A stretch of DNA of 64,000 nucleotides from Sphyrna mokarran. Lineage: Eukaryota. Each line of letters starts with the position of its first letter. Position 1 is the stretch's first letter. The notes beneath the pieces are model-generated. The model was not told the origin of the DNA, made no database searches, and worked only from the letters and a program-made list of their open reading frames with translations. Shown here one piece after another: positions 1 to 13,494 of this stretch. A program made the translations under genes and the position numbers. The DNA lies in the NCBI GenBank assembly GCA_024679065.1, contig JAGIQG010000040.1, forward strand, positions 2,480,001-2,544,000. The letters are read 5' to 3'.

Positions 1-1729
1 ATCTCCGTCTGAAAGATACACAATGAGCTGGCCTCCACAACCTTCCGCGGCAAAGAGTTCCACAGATTCACCATTCTCTGGCTGAAGGAATTCCTCCTCA
101 TCTCTGTTCTAAAGGATCGTCCCTCTAGCCTGAGATTGTGCCCTCTGGTTCTAGTTTTTCCTACTGGTGGAAGCATTCTCCCCATGTCCACACTGTCTAG
201 CCCTTGCTGTATCCTGTAAGTTCAATAAGATTCTCCCTCATCCTTTGAAATTCTTAACAAGTACAGACCCAGTGTCCTCAACCATTCTTCATACGACAAG
301 CGGTCATTCTTGTGAACCTTCTCTGGACCCTTTCCTAGGCCAGCACATCCTTCCTTAGATACAAGGCCCAAAACTGCTTGTAATACTCCAAATGGGATCT
401 GACAAGGGCCTTTTACAGTCTCAGAAATACATTCCCTGTTCTTGTATTCTAGACTTCTCGACATGAATGCCAACAGTGCATTTGACTTCCCTGAAGAATC
501 ATTCCTGCTCTTCCTGATCCGTGGAAAACCATCAACCTTTGAAATCACTTTGTATTGTGACCACTGCCATCACTTGCTTCTGTCCCTCCCCTCCCCAATC
601 TGACTATTGCGAGGTGATGAATTTGGAAGGTCTACTGCAGAAGGAAAGTATACAATAAATGGTAGAGCCCTTAAAAATATTAGCATACTGAGGGATGCAC
701 ATCCACAGTTTCCTGAAGGTGGCAACTCAGGTGGATGAGGTGGTCAAAAAGGCATATGGCCTTCATCGGTTGGAGCGTTGAGTATATCAATCGGAAAATC
801 GTGTTGCAGCTGTGTAATATTTTAGTTAGGTCTCATTTGGAGTATTGTGTACAATTCTGGTTGCCACACTACCAAAAGGATGTTGATGCATTGGAAAGCA
901 GATTTACCAGAATATTTCCTGGGTTAGAGGATATGGACAACGAGGAAAGGTTGAACAAAAAAGGATTTTTTTTTATTCGAGCATCAGAGGATGAGGGTAG
1001 ACCCTGATAGACATTTACGTGATTATGACAGATTACTCGAGGGCATAGATTGAAAGTGAGTGGGGGAAAATTTAAAAGAGATATAAGAGGCAAGTTTTTC
1101 AGAAGGTGGTGAATGGGACATGCTGATGGGGGATGGAGGAGCAGATTTTGTAGCAAAGTTCAAGACATTCATTTACAACACAACCAGTTTTCAATATTTT
1201 CCTGAAAACTTTCAAATAATCATCCACTGGTCCTACAAAATTCTGAGGAATACAATCCTTGTTCATATTATTTCACCACCTTACGATCTAACCCTTGCTA
1301 TCCTGGTGTCATTCTGGTAAATCTGCACTGCACACAAAACAGTGCTACATAAGAGGACCTCAGTCCATTTGGATAGACATTTTTCAGTTACAATTGCCAT
1401 CACATTATGAATACTTTGTTCATGTTCTTTGTACTTTGTTCAACTCCTGAAGAAGTTTAGACTTGTGTCTTTGGTAGTTTGAGAGAAATATTTTTGAGGA
1501 ATAATTTTCAATATTGAAGTCAGAAATGAAGGGCGCATTGATGGAGATAAAATTGTAATCTTTGTGAAGGATTGTTACAAATCACAATGTTATTATCACA
1601 GGTATTTGAGCTCAATATTTTAGTTAAAGAGTTTCTTTTAGAGTCATAGTTTTAGAGTCATGGAGCTTTGACCCACCTATTTTGCATGAGCCATCAATTA
1701 TCATCCAATCTTCCAGCACTTATCCCCTA

Positions 1730-2247
1730 GCCTTGAATTCTGGTCACCTCACTACAGGAAGGATGTGAAGCTACTGAGAGGGTGCAGAGGAGATTTACAA
1801 GGGTTGCCTGGATTGGGAGGCATACCTTAGGAAGATAGGTTGAGGGAGCCAGGTCTCTTCTCCCTGGAGAGACGAAGGTTGAGAGACGACCTGATAGAGG
1901 TTTATAAAATGTTGAGAGAGGTGTAGATAGGGTGGATTCTGGGAGGCTATTTCCCGGGGCTGAAATGGTCGCTACGAGAGGACACAGGTTTAAAGTGCTG
2001 GGGAGCAAGTACAGAGGAGATGTCAGGGGTAAGTTTTTCACTCAGGGTGATGAGTGAGTGGAATCGGCTGCCATCGGTGGTGGTAGAGGCCAACTCACTG
2101 GGGTCTTTTAAAGGACTTCTGGACGAGTATATGGCATTTAATGGGATTGGGGGTTATAGATAGTTCTATGGCCTAGTAGATATGGGTATGATCAGCGCAA
2201 CTTGTGGGCTGAAGGGCCTGTTTGTGCTGTAGTGTTCTATGTTCTAT
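1730..2247 (+). mobile_element. CR1 LINE 3' fragment
   Basis: FWSPHYRKDV..RVQRRFT homology; gttctat tail. Confidence 0.85.
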
Positions 2248-2764
2248 GAATGTTATGGTGTTTCAAGTGCTCAACTTCATGCTGCCATACACAAGGGGAA
2301 TGTTTTCTCTAAGCTCTCTCTGGAAAATTTCATTGAAAGTTGTTTTAGATTAATGTGCTAGATCACCATTCCATTTAGACTAAGTGCCAAATAAAATCAA
2401 GAGCACAGTGCAGATGCTTCAGTATAAACACTAATGTTACAGTAGAAATATGTTAATGCTCTCAATTATTTACCCCAATGTCATGTTCTCTCCATGTTTG
2501 CATGAGTTCCTTCCCACTATCCAAAGATGTGCAGTTTAGATTGATTGGCCGTGTTAAATTGACCCTAGTGTCAGGAGATTAACAGGGGAATATGTGGGGT
2601 TACGAGAATAAGGCCTAATTGGGATTGTGGTCAGTGCAGACTTGATGGGCACGATGGCCTCTTTTGCACTGTGGGGATTCTATGAAATAAACTAGCATTC
2701 AGTAAAGTGAAGATTGGACTTGATCCCGCAAATGTGCAATGCTGAATATCTCATCAAGGCAGAA

Positions 2765-3480
2765 TTACAAAATACTACAGTGCAGAAGAGGCCCTTCAGC
2801 CCATCAAGTTTACAATGACGCATGAAATACTCTGACCTGCCCAACTAATCCCACTTGCCAGCACTTGGCCAATAGCCTTAAATGTTGCAGCGTACAAGTT
2901 CTCATCCAGGTACTTAAGTGATGTGAGTCATCCTGCCTCCAGACCATCACCATCTCTGAGTAAAAACATTTTTCCTCACATCCTCCCTATATCTCCTACC
3001 CCTCACTTTTAACTTCAGTCCCCTCTTAATTGACACTTCAAATAAGCAGAACAGCTGCAAATTATTCATCTCATACTCTTGAACAGCTGCCAATTTTTAA
3101 ACTCAATACCCCGGCCAATGAAGACAAGTTTGCCGAATGCCTTCTTGATTACCTTCTCCATCTGCATTGCCACTTTCAGTGACCTGAGTACCTGTACACC
3201 CAGATCCCTTTGCCTATCAATACTTTTAAGCATTCTGACGTTTAGTGTATATTTCCTAATTGTATTAGACCTTCCAAAATGCATTGCCTCACATTTGTGC
3301 AGATTAACCTGCCATTTCTCCACCCAAGTCTCCAAGTGATGCTGTAGCCTCTGATGCTCCTCATTGCTATCCGGAAACCCACAAATCTTTGTGTTGTCCG
3401 CAAACTTACTAACCAAACCAGCTATATTTTCCTCCAAATCATTTGTATATATTACAGACAGCAAAAGGACTTAGCACTGA
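2765..3480 (-). mobile_element. CR1 LINE RT fragment
   Basis: SKFADNTKI..KCEAMHFG..RDLGV. Confidence 0.85.
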
Positions 3481-4136
3481 TTTGTAAAGCTTTAGAGAGG
3501 TGATCGGGTTAATAACTGAGGCTTAGAAGGGAAGTAGCCTCTTGGTGCCTCAGTCACCCGCTCTTCCTGAACAGGGGGTCAGTTTCTATCAGGTTCACAC
3601 AATAGCTGCTCAGATTATCTTTACTGAAAAAATCCAATGATCCTGTGGAGACAAAAAAAGTCTCAGATCAAACTGAAGACTGAATCCTGGAAATTCCAGC
3701 AGGTGGTGACTGTGCATCAACCCAATTATTGAAAACATGGATTCAAATGAAGAAATTGAAATTTAAAGTAGCAACCTTTCATGGTCCAGATGGAAACAAC
3801 CGGACAATAAGTTTAACCCTGGAATCAACTTTTACTCCGGGAGAGAAATAAATGTTTTAACTGATTAAGCGGCCTTCATAGATTCGGGAGATCAGAAAGA
3901 ATTATATAAATGAGGAAAGTTGATTTCCAGTTTGCCACTGTTGTGCTGTTTGAAATATTATTTACACAGAGGTCAGGGGGCATTGTGGATCTCTGCCAGA
4001 AAGAGTTGTCACACTGACCCTCATAGTGGAGTGAAGAGATTTGCGAGTCCCTGGTATTTTCTGTACATTATGATCTATAGTAACAAGAAGAGGGACTAAT
4101 CCCCCGTTCTTTACCCCTCTCTTTTCCCCCCGTCTG

Positions 4137-4366
4137 TCTCACACGCAGAGACACACAGCAGATACACACATACACACACATATACACAGAGACACACAGC
4201 AGACATGTACATACACATGCTCACATACACACAGAATCGCACACACTCCCAAACACACACACATACACACACACACACACACAGACACACATACACAGAG
4301 ACATGCAACAGACATGTACATACACATACTCACATACACACAGAATCGCACACACTCCCAAACACA

Positions 4367-4405
<39 letters not shown>

Positions 4406-4467
4406 AGAGACACACAACAGACATGTACATACACATACTCACATGCACACAGAATCGTACTCGCTCC

Positions 4468-4503
<36 letters not shown>

Positions 4504-4604
4504 GAAACAGAGAAACTCACACGCATACAGATACGAAGACACAACAAGCATACATACTCTCTATCTCTCTCTCACTCAGACACACACACACACACACACA
4601 CACA
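4137..4604. repeat. CA-rich compound microsatellite with three ~120-bp higher-order units
   Basis: Recurring agacatgtacatacacat..cagaatcg..tcccaaa(ca)n. Confidence 0.9.
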
Positions 4605-5376
4605 TTCCCTCTCTGCTTTTTCTGGTCAACGCTATTAATTTGAAACATTGGGTGAATATTTTCTTTGGATCGAACTGTGATATAGGACCATTAATATTAT
4701 GGTTTTTACAGTTCATTCTCTTCGTTTCCATAACTTAGAAACATAGAAACCAGAATCAAGAGTAGGCCATTCAGCCCTTTGACTCTGCTCCGTCATTCAT
4801 TCTGATCAGCAAATTCAATATCCTGGATCACTTTCCCCAATATCCTTAAACCTTTCAGCCCCAAGAAATACATCTGATCTCTTCTTGAAATCAGGCAACA
4901 TTATAGAAACCAGAAATGTACCTGGAGGTGCATGTCCGAGATGTACCATTATTCACAGTGAAATGTCACATTACAAAATTAAATTCTGTTAATTTCACAT
5001 GTCAAAGTGGTGAACTGTGGTTTTTTTTTGCAGGTTTGGTCAAACATAAGGTCTTGCAGAGCCATCTAGCGGAATATTCTCAGTAAACACATTTATTCTC
5101 GAATATTCTATCATGAAGGAAGCAGTGACAATCTACGAAATTGTAGACCGCTGAGCCTGACATTAGTGGCGGGGAAGGACAAACCAAAGTAGAACGTACA
5201 GGCTAAATGGTAGAACTCTGAAGAGTGCAGTTGAACAAGCGGATCTGGGAATACAGATACAAAATTCCCTACAAAACACAGGTGGATAGGGTCTTAAAGA
5301 GTGCTTTTGGTACATTGCCCTTCATAAATCAGAGTATCGAGTACAAAAATTGGAGTGTTATGGTAAGATTACATAA

Positions 5377-6572
5377 TGTAAAGATGCCGGCGTTGGATTG
5401 GAGTGGTAAGAACTCAGTAAGAATTTAGCAACACCAATTATTAATCCAACCGATTTATTTGATAGTAAAAAAGCGAGCTTTCAACACTCTTGTGTCTTCC
5501 TCAGGCAAGTGCAGTGTTCTGGTCTGCAATAGCACACATCAGCACAGACAGTCAGAGATTGCTGATTAGAATGCGAATCCTTACATCTAACCTGCTATTG
5601 AAGTGTTAAAGTGGCTAACAATGTGTGTGAAGGGGATCCTGAGCATTGTTAGAGAGTTGTGTATTTTCTCCAGACAGCACAGTAAGTGAGGTTTTTTGCT
5701 AACCCAGGCAAGTGACGGGGGTTACAGATAGTGTGTCATGAAGCCAAGATCCCTGTTAAGACCGTCCTCATGTGTGCGGAGCTTGGCTATCAGTCTCTGT
5801 TCAGCGACTCTGCGCTGTCGTGTATCACGAAAGCCCCCTTGAAGAACATTTACCCGCAGGTCGGAGGCCGAATGCCCATGACTGCTGAAGTGTTCGCCCA
5901 CAGGAAGGGAACTGTTTTGCCTGGTGATTGTTGAGCGATGCTCATTCATCCGCTGTCGTAGTGTCTGCATGGTCTCCCCAATGTACCATGCTTCGGGACA
6001 TCCTTTCTTGCAACGTATTAGGTAGACAACGTTGGCCGAGTTGCAAGAGTATGTACCGTGTACCTGGTGAATGGTATCCTCACGTTTGATGATGTCGTCC
6101 ATGTCTATGATCTGGCATGTCTTGCAGAGGTTGCTGTGGCAGGGTTGTGTAGTATTGTGGTCACTGCGACAGCGCAGAGTCGCTGAACAGAGACTGATAG
6201 CCAAGCTCCGCACACATGAGGACGGTCTTAACAGGGATCTTGGCTTCATGACACACTATCTGTAACCCCGTAACTTGCCTGGGTTAGCAAAAAACCTCAC
6301 TTACTGTGCTGTCTGGAGAAAATACACAATTCTCTAACAATGCTCAGGATCCCCTTCACACACATTGTTAGCCACTTTAACACTTGAATAGCAGGTTAGA
6401 TGTAAGGATTCGCATTCTAATCAGCAATCTCTGACTGTCTGTGCTGATGTGTGCTATTGCAGACCAGAACACTGCACTTGTCTGATGAAGACACGGGAGT
6501 GTTGAAAGCTCGCTTTTTTACTATCAAATAAATCGGTTGGATTAATAATTGGTGTTGCTAAATTCTTACTGA
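5377..6572 (-). mobile_element. Penelope-like retroelement fragment (GIY-YIG end) with ~400-bp inverted pLTR arms, inserted in a CR1
   Basis: SCNSANVVYLIRCKKGCPEAWYIGET..RQRMNEH. Arms at ~5414-5820 and ~6167-6572; TSD agattacataa. Confidence 0.9.
6476..6515 (+). ncRNA. Minimal hammerhead ribozyme motif in Penelope pLTR
   Basis: CTGATGA-aGACAC-ggga-GTGTT-GAAA-GCTC; mirror copy on the minus strand at ~5472-5510. Confidence 0.7.
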
Positions 6573-8271
6573 AGATTACATAAGGCATTGGTGAGGCCGA
6601 ATTTAGAGTATTGTGTACAGTTTTGGTCACCTAGATACAGGAAGGATATAAATAAGGTTGAAAGAGTGTAGAGAAGGTTCACAAGGATGTTGCCGGGACT
6701 TGAGAAGCTGAGTTACAGAGAGAAATTGGGTAGGTTAGGACTTTATTCCCTGGAGCATAGAAGAATGAGGGGAGATTGGACAGAGATGTTTAAGATTTTG
6801 ATGGGTATCGATAGAGTGAATGCAAGCAGGCTTTTTCCACTGAGGCTAGGGGAGAAAAAAAACTCAGAGGGCATGGGTTTAGGGTGAAAGGAGAGAAGTT
6901 TAAAGGGAATAATGTGGGGGGCTTCTTTATGGTGGGAGTGTGGAATGAGCTGCCGGATAAAGTGATAAATGCTTTGAACATTTAAGAAAAACTCGCACAG
7001 GTTCATGGATGAGAGGGTGTGGAGGGATATGGTTCAAGTGTAGGTCAGTGAGACTAGGCAAAAAATGGTTCGGCGCAGACAAGAAGAGCCTGTTTCTGAG
7101 CTGTAATTTTCTGTGGTCCTATTTTCTATCTGTATTGCCCCCAATTATCTGCATCTGTTCCCCTCACTCTTTCTTCACCGTCTCTTCATCTAATTCCATT
7201 CCAACCTCCGTCTCTCTCTTTCTTCTCCCCGTTTGTCCCACTATTTATCTCCCGCTTTCTCTCTCATGTCACTTTCCTCTTGTCCATCACTCCGAATTTC
7301 CAATCTGTCTCTCCCTATCTACGTCCACCACGGTCTCTGACTTTGATTCACTCCCTCTCTTTCTAACCGTTTATTTTCATTTCTTACGTCATACAACGTG
7401 TGTGTGTGTTACAAGTCAGGCTACATGAGAAAGTGAGAAAGAAAATGTGATAATGTATCTCAGTCAGACACCAGCAGCGCCTGTTGTGGGGCCTCACACA
7501 CTTACCCTTTGACCCGCCTGCCCTGATCTCTGCTAATGGAATGTTTGCTATTGCCACTTCCCGGTTGCCAGCAGTTAGGTCAGCAGTGCTGTAGGTGGGG
7601 GTGTGAATTTGCTGTGGCAGAGGAGTTGATGGTTTGCAGCTACGGATAGGTTAGGTGCATTGACCCGTAGGGGGATTGTGGCGACTAGCGGAATTTCACA
7701 GTAACTTCATTGCTATGTTAATGTAAGCCTTACTTCTGATTAATAGATAGACTTCAGGCTTTAAAATGGAATAGACATGTGGGATTATCTCTTGCTATGA
7801 TATCTCAGTATTTCCTCCCAAGTAAAAATCCATTTGCTCCCTAATCGCAATGAACAATCTATTATTGTCTGTAAAATGGTGCTCATGACAGCTGTGATGG
7901 GTCAAATACATTTGACTGTCCTACAATTTTCAACATAGAACGTAGAACATTACAGCACAGAACAGACCCTTCGGCCCTCGATGTTGCGCCGGCCAATTGA
8001 GAAAAAGCAATGACCCTCTAATCTAAACCACTCCCTTTTCATCCATAAACCTAGCCACAGACCTCTTAAACGCCCCCAAACTTGGCGCATCTACAACTGC
8101 TGCAGGCAAGGCATTCCATACCCTTACCACCCTCTGGGTAAAGAACCTACCTCTGACATCCGTCCTATAACTACCACCCCTTAATTTAAAGCTATAACAT
8201 GGTTTGAATCTGAATTCTAAACTGCCGCTGTTTGATCTTTCACCATTGAAACCTCATTTTTTTCCGATTTT

Positions 8272-8355
8272 AGTCATGGAGATTCTGCCAGCAGCTGACG
8301 TTCTCAGGAGTTAAGACAGAAGGCAGTGACTTTACAATGCATCTAGAACACTATC
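8272..8355 (+). pseudogene. Truncated TCR V pseudogene (FR1 only), family C
   Basis: Frameshifted SHGDSA/QLTFSGVKTEG/VTLQCI*; homologous to 12698 and 26504. Confidence 0.6.
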
Positions 8356-8805
8356 ATTGCTCACGGCAGCCCTGCTCATTGCTTTTGTTCGCTGCTCTCC
8401 TTTTGACCCATCTTTTTTTGCCTTGTGTGTTTGAGAGATACTACTAAGCAGGAGGGAGGTTATTGTTCAGTGACTGTCGCATTTCCACTCAATCTGGGTT
8501 CTATCGCACAGTGGTATCCCCGCTCTCTATGTTTTCAACAGCCAATTCGCCCCAATTTTTCCACAACGGAAAATGCCAATACAATTCGGTCCTTTCTCCC
8601 TTTGCTTTGTTGGCACTCGTATGATTATCGACTCCAATTGCTGTCCGAATTTTTGTTTGCACCAATGCGGCGGTAAAAATGCTGGATATCTCTTAGCTGT
8701 AGTTTATTCACACCAAATCCCTTCTCGGGATTGATCTAGGAATTGGAAATTGGAACACTCCACCCGAGAGATATTGACCTTTGTGAGACTGTTCTAAGAA
8801 TGAGC

Positions 8806-9172
8806 CGCCGAGCAGAGACTGATAGCCAAGTTCCGCACACACGAGGACGGTCTTAACAGGGATCTTGGCTTCATGTCACACTATCTGTAACCCCCACGAC
8901 TTGCCTGGGTTAGCAAAAAAACCTCACTTACTGTGCTGTCTGGAGACAATACACATCTCTCTAACCTGTGCTCAGTGCTCCTTCCACTCACATTGTTAGC
9001 CACTTTAAGACGTGAATAGCAGGTTTGGTGTAAAGGTTCGCTTTCTAATCAGTAATCTGTAAACTGTCTGTGCTGATATGTGTGCTTTTGGAGACAAGAA
9101 CATCTCATTCACCTGACGAAGGCCATAGAGCTGAAAGCTTACGAGTTTACTATCAAATAAATTGGTTGAATT
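8806..9172 (+). mobile_element. Penelope 3' end/pLTR with hammerhead motif (~9107-9145)
   Basis: AEQRLIAKFRTHEDGLNRD end, then CTGACGA-AGGC..GCT-GAAAGCTT. Confidence 0.8.
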
Positions 9173-9175
9173 TAA

Positions 9176-9950
9176 TATAGAATATAGAACACTACAGCAC
9201 AAACAGACCCTTCGGCCCACGAGTTGCGCCGATCACATCTACACCTACCAATCCACAGACCTATCTATAACCCCCTATCCCATTAGTTCCCATATACTCA
9301 TCCAGAAGTCTTTTAAAAGACCCCAGCGAGTTCACCTCTACCACCTCCGACGGCAGCCGATTCCATTTACTCACCACCCTCTGAGTGAAAAACTTACCCC
9401 TAACATCCCTCTGTATTTGCTTCCCTGCACCTTAAATCTGTGTCCTCTCATAGTGACCATTTCAGCCCGGGGAAATAGCCTCTGAGAATCCACTCTATCT
9501 ATTCCTCTCAACATTTTATAAACCTCTATCAGGTCGCGCTCTCCACTACGTCTCTCCAGTGAGAAGAGTCCCAGCTCCCTCAACCTATCTTCATAAGGCC
9601 TGCCTCCCAATCCAGGCAGCATCCTTGTAAATCTCCTCTGCACTCTCGCAATAGCCTCTACATCCTTCCTATAGTGAGGCGACCAGAACTGCGCACAATA
9701 CTCCAAGTGGGGTCTGACAAGAGTCTTATAGAGCTGCATCATTACCTCCCGACTCATAAACTCAATTCCTTGATTAATGAAGGCCAGTACACCGTACGCC
9801 TTCATGACCACTTCCTCCACCTGCGAGGCCGATTTAAGAGTCCTATGAACCCGGACCTCAAGATCCTTTTGCTCTTCAACACAGCTAAGACTCCTACCCT
9901 TGATATTGTACTCCTTCATCCCATTATTCCTGCCAAAATGGACCACTACA
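9176..9950 (-). mobile_element. CR1 LINE 3' fragment
   Basis: ORF 9371-9946, LVRPHLEYCAQFWSPHY. Confidence 0.9.
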
Positions 9951-10669
9951 CATTTATCCTAGTGTTGTCAGACTTCTTACAAAGAATGAAAGACAAGGAC
10001 AAAGAATAAACACTGCGAATTATTGAATATAACTCCTACATGCTAGCAGCGCTGGTATGAAACATGGTAGTTTTGCTTCTTGCTGATGATACATCTTCCA
10101 ATTCACATGCTGAAAAGAAAACGGTGCCCACAGATCACAGGAAGAGCACATACTGAATGAACACATCGAATTTTCGCATAATTAGAGACAGAACCATCCA
10201 ATCAAAACCTCTGTGACGTGGGTTAGCTGCTTCTGAATTGGTTAACAATGAACTTGCGTCACCTGCGATGCAAGATTGTAGATTCTCCACTCACTTCACT
10301 GGCAGCTCACACCAGAATGTTAGTTGTATAAGATCCAGTGGGTTCTTCTCCCTAGGAGGGGAGATGAAGTATACAGAATCCTTCTGGGTTAGTGTCTCTG
10401 AAAATGGGCTTTTCTGGCCCAAGGTGCTTGAATCAAGCAAAATCATTTCCAACCGAATGTCATGTTTCACTGTACCTCACTGAGTGAACACACATTCGGC
10501 ACAGCCTGAATAATCCTTTCATTTTACGAGGACGAGATCCGCACTCCAGGACGTCAACCATTCAGGACAATCTGAGAAACCTCTCCCTCAGAGAATGGAG
10601 CAATAGCCCTTATTTGAGTCGCAGGATTTGGGGGAGATGTGCAGAGACTGTCTGATCGGAAGGTGCAGT

Positions 10670-10708
10670 AGATATTGTATTGGGGAGCTCACTCTTTGTC
10701 TCACAGTG
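10670..10708 (-). other. 23-RSS of V1
   Basis: CACTGTG + 23-nt spacer + ACAATATCT. Confidence 0.88.
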
Positions 10709-10993
10709 CCTCACTGACTCCACAGTAATACTCTCCAGCGTCTGACATTGCCGTGTTGTTGATGCCAAGGATGTTATAACTTCTTGTTGGGTCAATAAAG
10801 AGCGTGAACCGCCCCTCTGTGATGTTGCCGCTAATAGTTGATAGGATGAATTTCGGATCTCGATTCCTTAGTTGGCTATACCAATGGACACGGTCGGTGC
10901 CGCTGGTACTTGCATTGCACCGGATTGCAATCGATTGTCCCTCTTGTGCATGTATCAGCTGTGGTTGTTGGATCACTGCCTCTCCGCCCATAA
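10709..10993 (-). CDS. TCR alpha/delta-type V exon, family A copy 1 (V1)
   Basis: Acceptor ttttctcag, then VMGGEAVIQQPQLIHAQEGQSIAIRCNAS..VHWYSQ..DAGEYYCGVSE. Conserved Cys/Trp/YYC, open frame, followed by a 23-RSS. Confidence 0.93.
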
Positions 10994-11036
10994 CTGAGAA
11001 AAGAAAGAACAAAAAAATGAGAAACAGAAAACAAAA

Positions 11037-11673
11037 TAGAACATAGAACATAGAACAATACAGCACAAACAGGCCCTTCGGCCCACAAGTTGCGCCGATC
11101 ACATCTATCAATCCACAGACCTATCTATAACCCCCTATCCTATTCTTTTCCATATACTCATCCAGAAGTCTCTTAAAAAACCCCAGTGAGTTTGCCTCAA
11201 CAACCTCCGACGGCAGTCAGTTCCATTCACTCACCACCCTCTGAGTGAAAAACCTACCTCTGACATCTCCTTTGTATTTGCTTCCCTGCACCTTAAATCT
11301 GTGTCCTCTTGTATTGACCATTTCAGCTCGGGGAAATAGTCTCTGAGAGTCCACCCTATCTATTCCTCTCAACATTTTATAAACCTCTATCAGGTCGCCT
11401 CTCAACCTACATCTCTCCAGTGAGAAGAGTCCCAGCTCCCTCAACCTATCTTCATAAGACCTGCCTCCCAATCCAGGCAGCATCCTTGTAAATCTCCTCT
11501 GAACCCTGTCAATAGCCTCTACATCCTTCCTATAATGAGGCGACCAGAACTGCGCACAGTACTCCAACTGGGGTCTGACAAGAGTCTTATAGAGCTGCAT
11601 CATTACCTCCTGACTCCTAAACTCTATTCCTCGATTAATGAAGGCCAGTACACCGTACGCCTTCTTGACCACC
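11037..11673 (-). mobile_element. CR1 LINE 3' fragment inside the V1 leader intron
   Basis: ORF 11217-11672; absent from the paralogous introns. Confidence 0.9.
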
Positions 11674-11699
11674 TACAATTGCCTTCTCAAAATACTCAC

Positions 11700-11736
11700 C
11701 TAAAATCAATAAATTGGAAGTTATTATTTCATTCAT
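11700..11736 (-). CDS. Leader exon of V1 (MNEIITSNLLIL-)
   Basis: 37-nt phase-1 exon ending in G|gtgagt. Homologous to the leaders of V3 and V4. Its intron is enlarged by a CR1 insertion. Confidence 0.88.
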
Positions 11737-12294
11737 TGCGTCTTCCTGTTTATTGCGTTTAGTGGATCAGAAATATTGCAGGAAAATTGATTCCCTTTGG
11801 GATGAAGCTGGTGTGCAATTGATATTTTCCTCTGCCTGCTATGAAAGTACATTTCTCTCTTGTATGCAAGGAGCGTCAAGAGAGCATTGAAATGCCGAGG
11901 TTCTAAGCTGACTGACATGCCCTCTGGTGTTCACATTTATTATCTGATGAATCAAAAACATGTTTGATTTCTGAGAACTGGCAGAAAATAAGGACGTTGG
12001 AGTCAGACTTTTGACCTTTCAGAATCTTAGAGCTGGACTGAAACCCAACCCTGGTGGTCAGTGTGTGATTGAATAGACTGGGCCTATACTCATTGGAGTT
12101 TAGAAGGCTGAGGTGGGGGGATCTTATAGAGACATATAAGATAATGAAGGGGCTCGGATAGGGTAGAGGTAGAGAGGTTCTTCCCGCTTAGAAAGGATAG
12201 CAAAAGTAGAGGGCACAGCCTCAAAATAAGGGGGTGGGGGGCGGGGAGAGGGACAGGTTAGATCGGAGTTGAGGAGAAACTTCTTGGACATCCC

Positions 12295-12500
12295 TCATAT
12301 ATCTCCCAGAAGGGAAGAAGCTGCTCTTGAATGAGTTGCTGTCTGACCTCAGACTTTTATACCTTTCTCTGGATGGAACAAGGTGGAAGAGAGAATGCCC
12401 GGAGCAAGTGAGGTCCTTAATTATGCTGGCTGCTTTTCCGAGGCAGCGAGAAGTGTAGACAGAGTCAATGGATGGGAGGCTGGTTTGCGAGATGGATTCA
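12295..12500 (-). mobile_element. Rex1/Babar-type LINE 3' fragment
   Basis: KAASIIKD..GHSLFHLVPS..FKSSFFP; a similar fragment lies at ~28090-28500. Confidence 0.6.
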
Positions 12501-12697
12501 GTACCCTTTGTAGATAGGGTACTGTTGGAAACAAAAATATGAAACAAAAAATTCGTTGTGGTTTGCAAAATGGTGGTAAGGGTATTAGCGGAATAAAAAT
12601 ATTTTATCTTTCCTTTTACTTCCAATATGCTTTGAATCTAAATTTTAAACTTCCACCTGTTGGATCTTTCAACTTTAGATCATCTTACACAGATCTG

Positions 12698-13163
12698 AGT
12701 CATGAAGGTTCTGTCGCTGGCTGCTATTCTCAGGAGTTAAGACAGATAGAGAAGCGTTGGCTTTAAACTATATCTATGCCACTGCACCTATCGACAGCTA
12801 TAATTTACGCTGCTACTGGCAACATCCTGAAACAGAGCCACTGTTTATTCTGACAAAAAGATGAATGATTCAGTGATGAAACAGGTTCAGCCAAAGACTT
12901 TTTTTTAAAAAGACAACTCAACAGTTTGACAGGAAAAAAAGAATCTTTACCGATCTCTGGGCTGTAATTGAGACACAGTAAGAAGTCTGACAACATCAGA
13001 TTAGAGTCCAGCCAGTTTATTTGATAGGTGATTTGACTATCAAATAAACTGGTTGGACTCTAACCTAGTGTTGTGAGACTTTTTACTGTGTTTACCCCAG
13101 TCTAACGCAGGCATCTCTCCATCTGTAATTAAGAGACATGTGGTTTATTGCTACTGCCTGAGA
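12698..13163 (+). pseudogene. TCR V pseudogene, family C, interrupted by a Penelope-derived mini insertion
   Basis: SHEGSV..FSGVKTDREALALNYIY..YNLRCYWQHPETEPLFIL..ISGL*LR; stops and frameshifts; insertion at ~12977-13121. Confidence 0.75.
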
Positions 13164-13494
13164 ACATAGTAGTAGTTGAATCTACCTCTGCCCTCTTTGC
13201 CTGACTGAAGCTTCTCTTGTCAACTGTATTGTAGCAATGATCAATTGTGAAGAATAAAGATAATTAATTATTCACACAATGTCATTTCTTTGCGTTAATT
13301 TACTATTTCAGCTTTTCCAAATGATGACCAAATGGTTGTATTGCTAAGCTATTATCTCAGAAACTCGGCTAATGATGGTGGAATTGGAATTCAATAAAGG
13401 AGATCTGGAATTAAGAATCTACTGATGACAACGAAACTGTTGCCAATCATTGGAAAACTCCATCTGGTTCACGGTGGCACAGTGGTAAACACTG

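Larger units (their letters stand above)
5130..7110 (+). mobile_element. CR1 LINE fragment split by the Penelope insertion
   Basis: CR1 ORF2 homology on both sides of 5377-6572. Confidence 0.8.

Noticed and set aside
4111-4738. Several His/Thr- or Val/Cys-rich ORFs
   Set aside because: Translations of the CA microsatellite.
7140-7390. 139-aa ORF over a CT-rich tract
   Set aside because: Low-complexity sequence.
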